64,000 nt of DNA from Candidatus Aenigmatarchaeota archaeon. Its GTDB lineage: Archaea; Aenigmatarchaeota; Aenigmatarchaeia; PWEA01; JACQIF01. Below are positions 36,821 through 45,504 of the stretch, in pieces. A program made the translations under genes and the position numbers. The stretch spans positions 265,018-329,017 of the forward strand of contig CP066684.1 of assembly GCA_016432325.1 (NCBI GenBank), given 5' to 3'. Under the pieces are notes generated by a model. The model ran no database searches. It saw only the letters and a list, made by a program, of their open reading frames with translations, and was not told the DNA's origin. The first letter of the stretch is position 1. Each line of letters opens with the position of its first letter.

Positions 36821-36881
36821 CCGCGCTCATCCCGTTCTGTTCAAAAAGAAAAAAGGGGAAGAAGGTTTGTCTCTTCTGCGG

Positions 36882-36965
36882 TCAGCGCTTGCGTCCGCGA
36901 GACGCCTTGCGCCTGCCGCCCTTTTTCACTGCCTTCTTCCTCGATCTTTTCACTTTTCTCGCCAT
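36882..36965 (-). CDS. Very small, highly basic peptide (27 aa: MARKVKRSRKKAVKKGGRRKASRGRKR)
   Basis: GAGGTG Shine-Dalgarno ~6 nt upstream of the ATG; stop TGA; followed by a T-rich tract. Confidence 0.3.
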   Translation of the reverse strand: MARKVKRSRKKAVKKGGRRKASRGRKR

Positions 36966-37076
36966 TTTTGCACCTCTTTTTTGAAGCCGCGACGTACGCG
37001 AACGACCGAAGCTTCTTGTAATTATTTGAAACCGCAGAATATAACTGTTTTACGGGCGAATTTTCTCCGGATTGTC

Positions 37077-37619
37077 TCATTTTTTTCTCTTCTTGTCGAT
37101 GTCGAGCGCCTCGTCTTCCACTTCCATCGTCTTCTTGAAGATGGACGCGAGATGCACGAAATATTTTCCGTCTTCCTTTATCTCCACGATGAGCGGCTCT
37201 TTTTGGACGAGCTTCGCGACGTTGATGTCGTAGACTCCCTCGTCTATGACGCGTATGGCCTCGAGATCGAATTCGACGTCGTCAACGACGCGCGTCTCCT
37301 TGTGATGGAGTTTCTCAATCGCGCTTTGAACTTTCTTCACGACGTCCTGAGGGCTCGGCGCTTCTCTCGGAGAGGGTCGACTGCGCTCTCGCGGGGCATC
37401 AAAAGAAGCGGGTCCCGGCGATGCGCCGGGCGCGCGCTGCGCAAGTCCCGACACGACGGCGCGCTCGTGCGCGAGCATGCGCTGCGAAGGTTTGACGCGC
37501 TGGTAGATGAAGATGTTCGAGCCGCATTCGCAGCCTTTGACGAGCTCCACGGCGTAGTTGTCGTACGTGCGTCCGCAAGACGCGCATTTGTTCGGCATAG
37601 TAACGGTTAAGAGGCACAA
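37077..37619 (-). CDS. Zinc-ribbon-containing protein (archaeal DUF2072-like)
   Basis: N-terminal CASCGRTYDNYAVELVKGCECG (Cx2C...CxC). Confidence 0.4.
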   Translation of the reverse strand: MCLLTVTMPNKCASCGRTYDNYAVELVKGCECGSNIFIYQRVKPSQRMLAHERAVVSGLAQRAPGASPGPASFDAPRERSRPSPREAPSPQDVVKKVQSAIEKLHHKETRVVDDVEFDLEAIRVIDEGVYDINVAKLVQKEPLIVEIKEDGKYFVHLASIFKKTMEVEDEALDIDKKRKK

Positions 37620-37629
37620 TAGTATAAAT

Positions 37630-38304
37630 CTACAAGTAGCGGTGCAACGCCATCTCGAACGCCGCGTACTTCATGTTCTGCCTCGTCTCCTCGAGCTTCG
37701 CGTACGCCTTCCACGCCTCGAACTCGGGGTCGTCTTTTCTCTTGTTCAGAACCGCAGTCAGCGTCTCCCGCGCCTCGTTAAGCCTGTTCAGCCTGCCCAG
37801 CGCGGACTCGAAAGACATAGCGGGCTTCCACGGCCCGTCGTCCTTTACGCCTCCGCGACGCAGAGGGTGCCCGTAGAAGAACTTCGCGGCGTATCCCTTT
37901 GCAACGTCAGAACGTCTTACATGCTGCGCGTCGCGGGCGGCCCATTCAGGGACGTTGGGAAACTCTACAGGGACTTTCCCGGGTATCCTCTCAGCCGCGC
38001 GCCCTATCTTTTCTCGCATCTGGTAGAGCTCCTCCCTGCAGTAAGCGAGTTGGTCCGGAAGCGCTCCGTCGCGAGCCATGTAGTTCGCGGCATAGTGAAG
38101 CAACGTTATCTTGGGCGACGCCACGGGGCCTCTCGACGCGCCCGGCAGTTCGTCGCCTATGTATCTGGGAAATCCCGATCTCGAAGCGCGCCGCCTCAGG
38201 CGAAGGTCCTCCCTGTGAAGATCGAGGAACGTTCGGTCGTCCATAGTAATCACTTTACCATGGTGACAATTCGTATTTAAAGCTTTCTGTGCCTCCAGAA
38301 GCAT
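37630..38304 (-). CDS. Hypothetical protein (224 aa)
   Basis: ORF only. Confidence 0.3.
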   Translation of the reverse strand: MLLEAQKALNTNCHHGKVITMDDRTFLDLHREDLRLRRRASRSGFPRYIGDELPGASRGPVASPKITLLHYAANYMARDGALPDQLAYCREELYQMREKIGRAAERIPGKVPVEFPNVPEWAARDAQHVRRSDVAKGYAAKFFYGHPLRRGGVKDDGPWKPAMSFESALGRLNRLNEARETLTAVLNKRKDDPEFEAWKAYAKLEETRQNMKYAAFEMALHRYL

Positions 38305-38851
38305 GAACGAAGAGAATGGCTACAGGATACCTCTCGTCAAACCGCAGAGGGTCGACGCCGTCCGGGAGCTCGAGGTCAGCGGCCCGTGGCTTACAAAATC
38401 CGACGCCGCGCTTGACGTTTCTCTGTCGATGCCTCTCGACGAGCTCAGGGACGAATTCATGGCCTGCGATCCCGACGAGCTGGCGCACGTCGGAACAGAC
38501 ATACGAGGCCTCAGGATATACGACGTCAGGGGTATCGAACCCGGAAAAGTCGGCGGAACCGAATTTCACCGCGTGCGCCAAGAACTCGCCTTCTGCAAGA
38601 GAGGCGCCGTCGAATGGGTGTGCCAGGACGTCTACGGGCAAATAAGGACGTTCGTACTCACGCAGGCAAACGCGGTGCGCGTGCCGCCTTTCATAAAGCA
38701 CACCTACAAGGCTCTCGAGACCAGCGACCTGCAGGTCGTGGCGAATACTCTGTACAACGCGGACAATCCTAGAACGCACGACACCTTCTCGGCGGCGGAC
38801 TTCGATATCCTGAAGAAAAGCTTCAACGGAGCTTCGCCAGCAGGGAAATAG
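38303..38851 (+). CDS. Cupin-fold protein (sugar-nucleotide epimerase-like), hypothetical
   Basis: 182 aa; weak RmlC-like pattern. Confidence 0.3.
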   Translation: MNEENGYRIPLVKPQRVDAVRELEVSGPWLTKSDAALDVSLSMPLDELRDEFMACDPDELAHVGTDIRGLRIYDVRGIEPGKVGGTEFHRVRQELAFCKRGAVEWVCQDVYGQIRTFVLTQANAVRVPPFIKHTYKALETSDLQVVANTLYNADNPRTHDTFSAADFDILKKSFNGASPAGK

Positions 38852-39191
38852 CGTCCTTCTCCTCGCGGACCTTCTCTATCACGTCAGAAGAGCCTACTAC
38901 CACGAGGCCCTCGCGTCTCTCCCAGCCGAACAGGCGCGTTATCGCGTCGAACGGGCCTGCGCGGGCGTCGAAACCGACGAACTCTATCCCCGGGAAGCCG
39001 GCCTTTGCCTCGCGCACCGAACGCTCTATAAGGAGCTTCTTCTCGTCTGCGGTGAGCGCCTCTTCCAGAACGACGATTGTGCGGTTCTTGACCTTGTCGA
39101 AAATCATCTTGAGCTTTTCGTTGAAACTCTTGCGCGCCAGCCGCTCGCGTGACAGGAACTCTATGTTTATTCCTTTCGCCGATTTGCGCAC
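38823..39191 (-). CDS. Hypothetical protein (archaeal DUF2073-like) adjacent to a GTPase
   Basis: 122 aa; conserved-neighbourhood argument only. Confidence 0.3.
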   Translation of the reverse strand: MRKSAKGINIEFLSRERLARKSFNEKLKMIFDKVKNRTIVVLEEALTADEKKLLIERSVREAKAGFPGIEFVGFDARAGPFDAITRLFGWERREGLVVVGSSDVIEKVREEKDAISLLAKLR

Positions 39192-39192
39192 G

Positions 39193-39816
39193 CTAGGCCA
39201 ACTCCTTCACTATTTTCTCGTACAGGGCGTCCATGTTCTTGCCCTGCTTCGCGGAGATCTCGACGCACGGATATTGGGGGAACGCGTCCTTGACGCGCTC
39301 GGGTTTGGCGCCCTTGAGGTCAACCTTGTTCGCGACGAGCAGTATGGGGATCTTCTTGGATTCGAGGTTGCCTAAGATGGTGACGTTGACCTGCGTGTAC
39401 GGGTTGTCAGTCGAATCGAAGACGACCAAACAGGCGTCCACGTTGTCCAGCCACTTTATCGCTTCGACTATGCCTTTTGTCGCTTCCTTGGAGCGGTTCT
39501 TGGCCTTCTTGGCGGCCATTCCGTACTTGACAAAGTCCTTGTAATCGACGCGGGTAGCTATGCCCGGCATGTCAAGCAGGTTCATGTTGATGCGGTGGCC
39601 ATTGCTTTCGAGAACGAGCTTCTCCTTCTTCTTGACCATGCGCGTCTCGTGAGGAATCTCGGATACCTTGGTGAACTCTCCGCCGCCAAAGTCCTTGGAG
39701 ATGCGGTTGGCGAGCGTGGACTTGCCTGTGTTGGGCGGCCCGTAAAGGCCTAGGCTTATCTCCTTGCGGCCTCCGAAGAGACGCGCGAAAAACTGCTTGA
39801 TTACCCTGAATACCAT
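39193..39816 (-). CDS. Small GTP-binding protein (Ras/Era-like P-loop GTPase)
   Basis: G1 GLYGPPNTGKST; G3 LLDMPGI; G4 LVANKVDL. The start is placed at the internal Met at 39816. Confidence 0.6.
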   Translation of the reverse strand: MVFRVIKQFFARLFGGRKEISLGLYGPPNTGKSTLANRISKDFGGGEFTKVSEIPHETRMVKKKEKLVLESNGHRINMNLLDMPGIATRVDYKDFVKYGMAAKKAKNRSKEATKGIVEAIKWLDNVDACLVVFDSTDNPYTQVNVTILGNLESKKIPILLVANKVDLKGAKPERVKDAFPQYPCVEISAKQGKNMDALYEKIVKELA

Positions 39817-39959
39817 AGATATCGTTCCGTGTTTTAGTGTGTTGAACGTAGGTCGTATAAATATGCATTCGCGTGCGCGGCACGTATCCGTAAGATCCGT
39901 ATACAACTGTTTATGCTATCTATATATTCGGGCTTGTCCAAACTTGATAAGGGCACGGC

Positions 39960-40883
39960 TTGGTTAAAATTTCCATGGGTAGTCGCAGCACCGGTTTCTA
40001 CGGATTTCCAGTCAAACTTATCGGCTCCAGGAGCATTGGAATGGTCGACGATCTAATAAGGCCGGCGGATTACATTGTCTTGGAACTTGGAAGAGACCCT
40101 TTCGCGTCAGATAGGCAAAAGATGAGGAGGGAATCGCGCAAATATGATTTTTCTCTCGTTACTCATGAACATAGGGACCACAACGGCGAACCCGGCAGCC
40201 AATACGGCAGCCATAGGGAACAGCTTGTGGACAGGATAGAGAACCTGATAAGAGACAGGCGGGATTTGAAACAATTCGTCCCCAAGAACTACGAAACGTT
40301 TGATTACAGCGCAATCATCAATGGCTCTGTTCACATGCTCCCGGTAGCGCCTGTTGCGGCACAATTAAAAGAGGCGAAACCGGTGGAAACCTATCCTCTA
40401 CACGGCAGCGACAGCGTAACGCGCGCACGCACGTTGCACGGCTCCTATACGGGATTCCCGATGGATTACGTGTACCACACGAGCTACGTCTTCAACATCG
40501 ACGGTGTCGTCATCGGAGTAATGGGCGACAACCACGGCCAGATGAAAGGACAGAAGGTAAAAGTTGATGACAGGGAAATCGAGCTTCTTGACTTCCTGGA
40601 AGAGATTGGGGTAAATGTCCTTATATCCGACGGAGTCAGCATTTCACACGCGAGCAGCCCGGCGGCTATCGAGAACGGCATACAGACGTCTCTGAGGGCG
40701 CTGGAGATCCCGACGCTCAAGTATTTCATCCAGGACCACCACGCGAGCCGCTTCGATCCGGACGCCGGCGAACTCATGGGAATAGTGCAACCGCAGGCGG
40801 AAGAGCGCGGAATCGAATACGGACTGGTTTCGCACTTCATTCAGAACGACGGCCACCTGCGCGGCTTTAAGGCCGTCGCGTAA
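39960..40883 (+). CDS. Metallo-beta-lactamase-fold protein
   Basis: LVTHEHRDHNG contains the HxHxDH motif. Confidence 0.4.
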   Translation: MVKISMGSRSTGFYGFPVKLIGSRSIGMVDDLIRPADYIVLELGRDPFASDRQKMRRESRKYDFSLVTHEHRDHNGEPGSQYGSHREQLVDRIENLIRDRRDLKQFVPKNYETFDYSAIINGSVHMLPVAPVAAQLKEAKPVETYPLHGSDSVTRARTLHGSYTGFPMDYVYHTSYVFNIDGVVIGVMGDNHGQMKGQKVKVDDREIELLDFLEEIGVNVLISDGVSISHASSPAAIENGIQTSLRALEIPTLKYFIQDHHASRFDPDAGELMGIVQPQAEERGIEYGLVSHFIQNDGHLRGFKAVA

Positions 40884-40967
40884 ATTACTGCAATATAAAG
40901 ATTTGTTCGGCGAACGCAAGACAAACGCATATAAAGATGCCGCGCGTTCTAACGTCGGGTGTGCTGA

Positions 40968-41618
40968 TTGAAGCTCAGTAACGACATCTTCCTGCTCGAT
41001 GGCGCGGAACCGGACTCGAACGTCTTTCTTATCGATGGAGAACTGCTCATTGACACCGGCTCCGGCCTGTACATGCAGGAAACTCTCGACCAGATGGCCG
41101 AATACGGATTAAACCCGAAGGCGATAAAGCTCATCGTCATCACGCACGCCCACTTCGGCCACTGCGGCGCGATAAAGGAGTGGAAGAAGCTTACAGGCGC
41201 GAAGGTCGCCGTGCATCAAGGAGACCTTGACGCGCTCGAAAAGGGCGAAGGGGTGTTCTACGACGAGGACACCGTAGATTACGCAGGCGTACGGCCGGAC
41301 GTCGTGCTCAAGGACGGAGAGACCGTAAAGACAAGGAACCACGCGTTCACCGTCGTTCATGCGCCCGGCCACAGTCCTGGTTCTATATGTCTGTGGGAAC
41401 CGAAGCAACGCGTGCTCGTCTCCGGAGACCTGCTGTTCCTGGACGGGGTGGGCGACCAGATACCGACGGCCGACGCGAGCGCGCTCGCCGCGTCGCTGAA
41501 GAAGGTCAAGAAACTCGGAGACATTGAGATACTGCTGCCGGGCCACGGGGCCCCGGCGCACAAGAGGAATCCTTATGCCAAAGACGCCATCAAAAAAGCT
41601 CTCGCGCAAATCAAGTAA
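40968..41618 (+). CDS. MBL-fold metallo-hydrolase
   Basis: ITHAHFGHCG (variant HxHxxH), HAPGHSPGS, SGDLLF and LLPGHG motifs. Confidence 0.55.
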   Translation: MKLSNDIFLLDGAEPDSNVFLIDGELLIDTGSGLYMQETLDQMAEYGLNPKAIKLIVITHAHFGHCGAIKEWKKLTGAKVAVHQGDLDALEKGEGVFYDEDTVDYAGVRPDVVLKDGETVKTRNHAFTVVHAPGHSPGSICLWEPKQRVLVSGDLLFLDGVGDQIPTADASALAASLKKVKKLGDIEILLPGHGAPAHKRNPYAKDAIKKALAQIK

Positions 41619-41862
41619 GCCCGCAGGCGACGGTCTGAAAGACCGCATCCTCGCCGCCATCTTTCTCGCAGGGGAAGCGGGCGTGCCCTTGGAGAAGATA
41701 GCGACCGTCCTGCAGGCCGATCTTGAAGAAGAGGGCGTCGCCGAGACGCTGGAAACGGTCCTCGTGGAGATGTCCAACGACGGTCTGGTTTCCGCGGACG
41801 GGCAAGACAGCTACTTCATCGAAGACAAGGGCTTCAGGAGAATCGAGAAATTCCCGGACTGA
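41575..41862 (+). CDS. Small hypothetical protein (possible winged helix)
   Basis: ORF trimmed to an internal Met. Confidence 0.25.
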   Translation: MPKTPSKKLSRKSSKPAGDGLKDRILAAIFLAGEAGVPLEKIATVLQADLEEEGVAETLETVLVEMSNDGLVSADGQDSYFIEDKGFRRIEKFPD

Positions 41863-41914
41863 TGTTCTGCGCAATAGATAACTTTATATATCGACCGAAC
41901 TCCTTTCTGTCCAG

Positions 41915-41962
41915 ACACAACAGGTTGTGGTTGCGCACGTTCGCGAACACAACAGGTTGTGT
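41915..41962 (+). promoter_or_regulatory. Tandem NrdR boxes upstream of nrdR-nrdJ
   Basis: ACACAACAGGTTGTGG at 41915-41930 and ACACAACAGGTTGTGT at 41947-41962 are 16-bp palindromes of the ACAC...GTGT type. Their starts are 32 bp apart and the second ends 20 bp before the nrdR GTG. TTTATATAT lies upstream at 41883-41891. Confidence 0.6.
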
Positions 41963-41981
41963 TCTAAGAAAGTAGTAACAG

Positions 41982-42437
41982 GTGCCCGGTCTGAACTGTC
42001 CTTATTGCGCCCACACGGAAACGCGTGTCGTAGACAAACGCGAATCCGAGGACGAATCGACGCGCCGCAGGCGCGAATGCACGTCGTGCGTCAAGCGTTT
42101 CACCACGTACGAGCGCGTGGAGTCGCTTGACATGACGGTGGTAAAGCGGAACGGCGCCAAGGAACCCTTTATGAGGGAGAAGATTCTGATGGGCATGAAA
42201 AGGGCGTGCGAGAAGAGGCCTATAACGGACGCCGAAATCGAAGAAGCAGTCGACTCCGTGGAACGCGTGCTCCGCAGGCGCAAATCCACAGAGGTCAAGA
42301 GCACGGACATCGGGGACCTTGTGCTGAGAAAGCTCAAAGCGCTCGACGAAGTCGCATACATAAGGTTCGCGTCCGTATACCAGTCATTCGAAAGCGCCAA
42401 GGCCTTCGCAAAAGAAGTGGCGGCGCTGAAAATATAA
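41982..42437 (+). CDS. nrdR: Transcriptional repressor NrdR (zinc ribbon + ATP-cone)
   Basis: GTG start; CPYC...CTSC zinc ribbon; ATP-cone VVKRNGAKEPFMREKI...VAYIRFASVYQSFES. Confidence 0.85.
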   Translation: MPGLNCPYCAHTETRVVDKRESEDESTRRRRECTSCVKRFTTYERVESLDMTVVKRNGAKEPFMREKILMGMKRACEKRPITDAEIEEAVDSVERVLRRRKSTEVKSTDIGDLVLRKLKALDEVAYIRFASVYQSFESAKAFAKEVAALKI

Positions 42438-42443
42438 GGGGGG

Positions 42444-45400
42444 ATGTTCATGAAAGCACAGGCGGCGCAGGCCGTGAAAAGCGCCGAGAAGGCGGGGAGC
42501 GGTTTGCGAATCGACAGGCGTTACACTCAACAGGGCGCGAGCGTTTTTGACCAGATCGAATGGACCACGCGCTCGTCCATCATAGCAGAACCGGACGGCA
42601 CCGTCGTCTTCAAATTCGACAAGGTTGAGGTCCCTGCGGCCTGGTCCCAGCTCGCGACAGACATTCTCGCCTCGAAATATCTCAAGCGCGCGCAAGTGAA
42701 AACCCAGGATGGCACCGTAGGCTCGGAAACCAGCGCGCGGCAGGTCGTCTCGCGAATAGCGACCACGTTCCGCTGGTTCGGTGAGAAGTACGGCTATTTC
42801 GCGTCCGCAGACGACGCGCAGGCGTTCGAGGACGAACTGACGTATCTGCTCATAACACAGCGCGCGGCCTTCAACAGCCCTGTCTGGTTCAACGTCGGCC
42901 ACTGGCACTATCACAACATAAACCAGGACGGCGACAACTGGGCATGGGACATGGAGAACGGTCGCGTCTATCAGGAGAACAACTACTACGCCCGCCCGCA
43001 AGGAGCGGCGTGCTTCATCCAGAGATGCGAGGACTGGATAAACGGACCCATGGGTATAATGGACCTCGTGGACAAGGAAGCGCGTCTCTTCAAGGGCGGC
43101 TCCGGCACAGGCACGAACTTCTCGCGCGTACGCGGCAGAGACGAACCGCTGTCGGGAGGGGGCGTTTCGAGCGGACTGATGAGCTTCCTTAAGATTCTCG
43201 ACACCAACGCAGGCAGCATCAAGTCAGGAGGAACCACGCGCCGCGCGGCCAAGATGGTCATCCTCGACGCGGACCACCCTGACATAGAGGAGTTCGTCGG
43301 GTGGAAAGCGCACGAGGAAAAGAAGGCCAAGCTGCTGTTGCAGGCCGGGATCGGCCTCGATTCTATGGGCCGCCCGGACTTCAACGGCGAGGCGTATACT
43401 ACCGTTTCCGGCCAGAACTCCAACAATTCCGTGCGCGTTACAGACGAATTCATGAACGCCATTCGCGAAGACAAGGAGTGGAATCTCATCGCGCGCAGGA
43501 GCAAGAAGACATGGAAGACCGTTCGTGCGAAGGAACTCTGGAACAAGATTTCCCGATGCGCATGGGAGTGCGCGGACCCCGGAGTGCAATACGACGATAC
43601 GATACAGAGATGGCACACCTGCAAGAACACGGACAAGATATACGCGACAAACCCGTGCTCGGAGTTTGTGTTCCTTGACGAAACGTCATGCAATCTCGCG
43701 TCCGTGAACCTTCTGAAGTTTTTCGACGATACGAAATTCGACGTGGACGCGTACAGGTACGCGTGCCGCGTGATGTTCATCGCGCAGGAGATAGGCGTCG
43801 ACCTCTTCTCCTACCCGAGCCGCACGATTGCGGAGACCACGCACAAGACGCGGCCGCTCGGTCTCGGTTACGCGAATCTCGGAACGCTTTTGATGTGCAT
43901 GGGCCTGCCGTACGACAGCGCAGAAGGCCGCGCTATGGCAGGCGCGCTGACCGCGCTCATGACAGGAGAGGCCTATCTTACGTCCGTTGAGATGGCCCGC
44001 GTCAAAGGCCCTTTCGCACTGTACGAGGAGAACAGGGAGCCGATGCTCGGCGTAATGAGAATGCACCGCGACTCAACGTACGAGCTCTTCCGCACAGGAA
44101 GCCCGATACCCGAAAAGATGGCCGGCGCGATGCCGGAGAAATGGTTCGAGGATATAGCAAAGACCGCTGTGGAAGTCTGGGACGATGTCGTCGAGGAAGG
44201 GAGCAAGCACGGCTTCAGGAACGCGCAGGCGACGGTCCTCGCGCCCACAGGAACGATAGCGCTGCTGATGGACTGCGACACCACAGGCGTCGAACCGGAC
44301 TTTAGCCTCGTCAAGTGGAAGAAGCTCGCTGGCGGAGGATATTTCCGCATCATCAACCAGTCTGTTCCACGCGCGCTGCGCAACCTCGGCTATACGAACG
44401 AACAGGTCAAGGTGATAGAAGAGCACGTGCTGGGCAAGAGGACGGCCGACGGGACCGTGCTCGAACTGGGCAAGGAGACGATAGAAGGCGCTCCGCACGT
44501 ACGCACGGAACACTACGCGGTCTTCGACTGCGCCAACAGGTGCGGCGACGGCGTCCGCTTCATAGCCCCTGAAGGCCACATACATATGATGGCCGCGTCA
44601 CAGCCTTTCCTCTCGGGCGCGATATCGAAGACCGTGAATCTCCCTTCTGACGTTACGGTGGAAGACGTGGCACGCACGTACGAACTGGGATGGAACCTCG
44701 GCCTCAAGGCCATAGCGCTCTACCGCGACGGCTGTAAAGCATCGCAACCGCTCAACGCCAAGGCCGCCATAAAGGCCGAAGCGAAGGAAGAGGGGCCTAC
44801 GTGGGGAGAGATGGTACGCCTCCCAAAGTTCACGGACAACATCATCAAGCGCGAAGTCGCCGTGATGGACCCGAAGCTCGGCAGAATAAAGATGCACATA
44901 ATCTTCTGCGAGGACGACCGCGGAAGGCCCATGGAAGTTTTCATGGCTGTCGGCCGCAACGCCTCGTCGGTCAACGAGTTCTGCCGCGACCTTGGAATCG
45001 CATGGTCCAAGCAGCTGCAGCTCGGCCGCCCTGCCAAGGATCTTGCCCTTGACATGGTTGGAGAGGTTGGGGCAATCGCAGGCATGACAGACCACCCGCT
45101 CTTCAAGACGTGCATGTCTGTGAAGGACCTCGTCGGCAAGATGACCCTCTACGAGTACTACGGAAAGACCGATTTCATAAATCCCGAAGTTCTGGAGACG
45201 TACCAGAAGTCGCTGAACTATGTCAAGCCCCGCTGGCAGGTCCTTGAGGAACTGCACCACCTGCGTTCGCTGCGGGAAGCGCGAAAGGAAAAGCCGCTGA
45301 CCGCGTTCACAACGCCTGCGGCGGCAAAGGACAGCGTGGACCCGCACGAAATAGCGAAGAAGTTCATGGCTGACGCGCCTGACTGCGACGTCTGCGGCTT

Positions 45401-45467
45401 CAAGACCGTGCGCAACGCCGCGTGCTTCAAGTGCCTTAACTGCGGGAACAGCATGGGATGTTCGTGA
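42444..45467 (+). CDS. nrdJ: Ribonucleoside-diphosphate/triphosphate reductase, class II (adenosylcobalamin-dependent), large form
   Basis: 1007 aa; NPCSEFVFLDETSCNLASVNL active-site loop and other class II hallmarks; 6-bp spacer after nrdR. Confidence 0.85.
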   Translation: MFMKAQAAQAVKSAEKAGSGLRIDRRYTQQGASVFDQIEWTTRSSIIAEPDGTVVFKFDKVEVPAAWSQLATDILASKYLKRAQVKTQDGTVGSETSARQVVSRIATTFRWFGEKYGYFASADDAQAFEDELTYLLITQRAAFNSPVWFNVGHWHYHNINQDGDNWAWDMENGRVYQENNYYARPQGAACFIQRCEDWINGPMGIMDLVDKEARLFKGGSGTGTNFSRVRGRDEPLSGGGVSSGLMSFLKILDTNAGSIKSGGTTRRAAKMVILDADHPDIEEFVGWKAHEEKKAKLLLQAGIGLDSMGRPDFNGEAYTTVSGQNSNNSVRVTDEFMNAIREDKEWNLIARRSKKTWKTVRAKELWNKISRCAWECADPGVQYDDTIQRWHTCKNTDKIYATNPCSEFVFLDETSCNLASVNLLKFFDDTKFDVDAYRYACRVMFIAQEIGVDLFSYPSRTIAETTHKTRPLGLGYANLGTLLMCMGLPYDSAEGRAMAGALTALMTGEAYLTSVEMARVKGPFALYEENREPMLGVMRMHRDSTYELFRTGSPIPEKMAGAMPEKWFEDIAKTAVEVWDDVVEEGSKHGFRNAQATVLAPTGTIALLMDCDTTGVEPDFSLVKWKKLAGGGYFRIINQSVPRALRNLGYTNEQVKVIEEHVLGKRTADGTVLELGKETIEGAPHVRTEHYAVFDCANRCGDGVRFIAPEGHIHMMAASQPFLSGAISKTVNLPSDVTVEDVARTYELGWNLGLKAIALYRDGCKASQPLNAKAAIKAEAKEEGPTWGEMVRLPKFTDNIIKREVAVMDPKLGRIKMHIIFCEDDRGRPMEVFMAVGRNASSVNEFCRDLGIAWSKQLQLGRPAKDLALDMVGEVGAIAGMTDHPLFKTCMSVKDLVGKMTLYEYYGKTDFINPEVLETYQKSLNYVKPRWQVLEELHHLRSLREARKEKPLTAFTTPAAAKDSVDPHEIAKKFMADAPDCDVCGFKTVRNAACFKCLNCGNSMGCS

Positions 45468-45504
45468 ACTCAATCCTTTTATTTCGGCTGAACGAACTAT
45501 ATCC

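Noticed and set aside
36841-37080. 79-aa minus-strand ORF (MRQSGENSPVK...)
   Set aside because: It overlaps the better-supported 27-codon basic ORF in another frame, lacks a ribosome-binding site, and has low-complexity composition.
36543-37610. 355-aa + strand ORF
   Set aside because: It is antisense to the zinc-ribbon gene 37077-37619 and to small minus-strand genes. Its sequence is low-complexity (S/R/L-rich) and motif-free, so it is treated as a GC-driven spurious frame.
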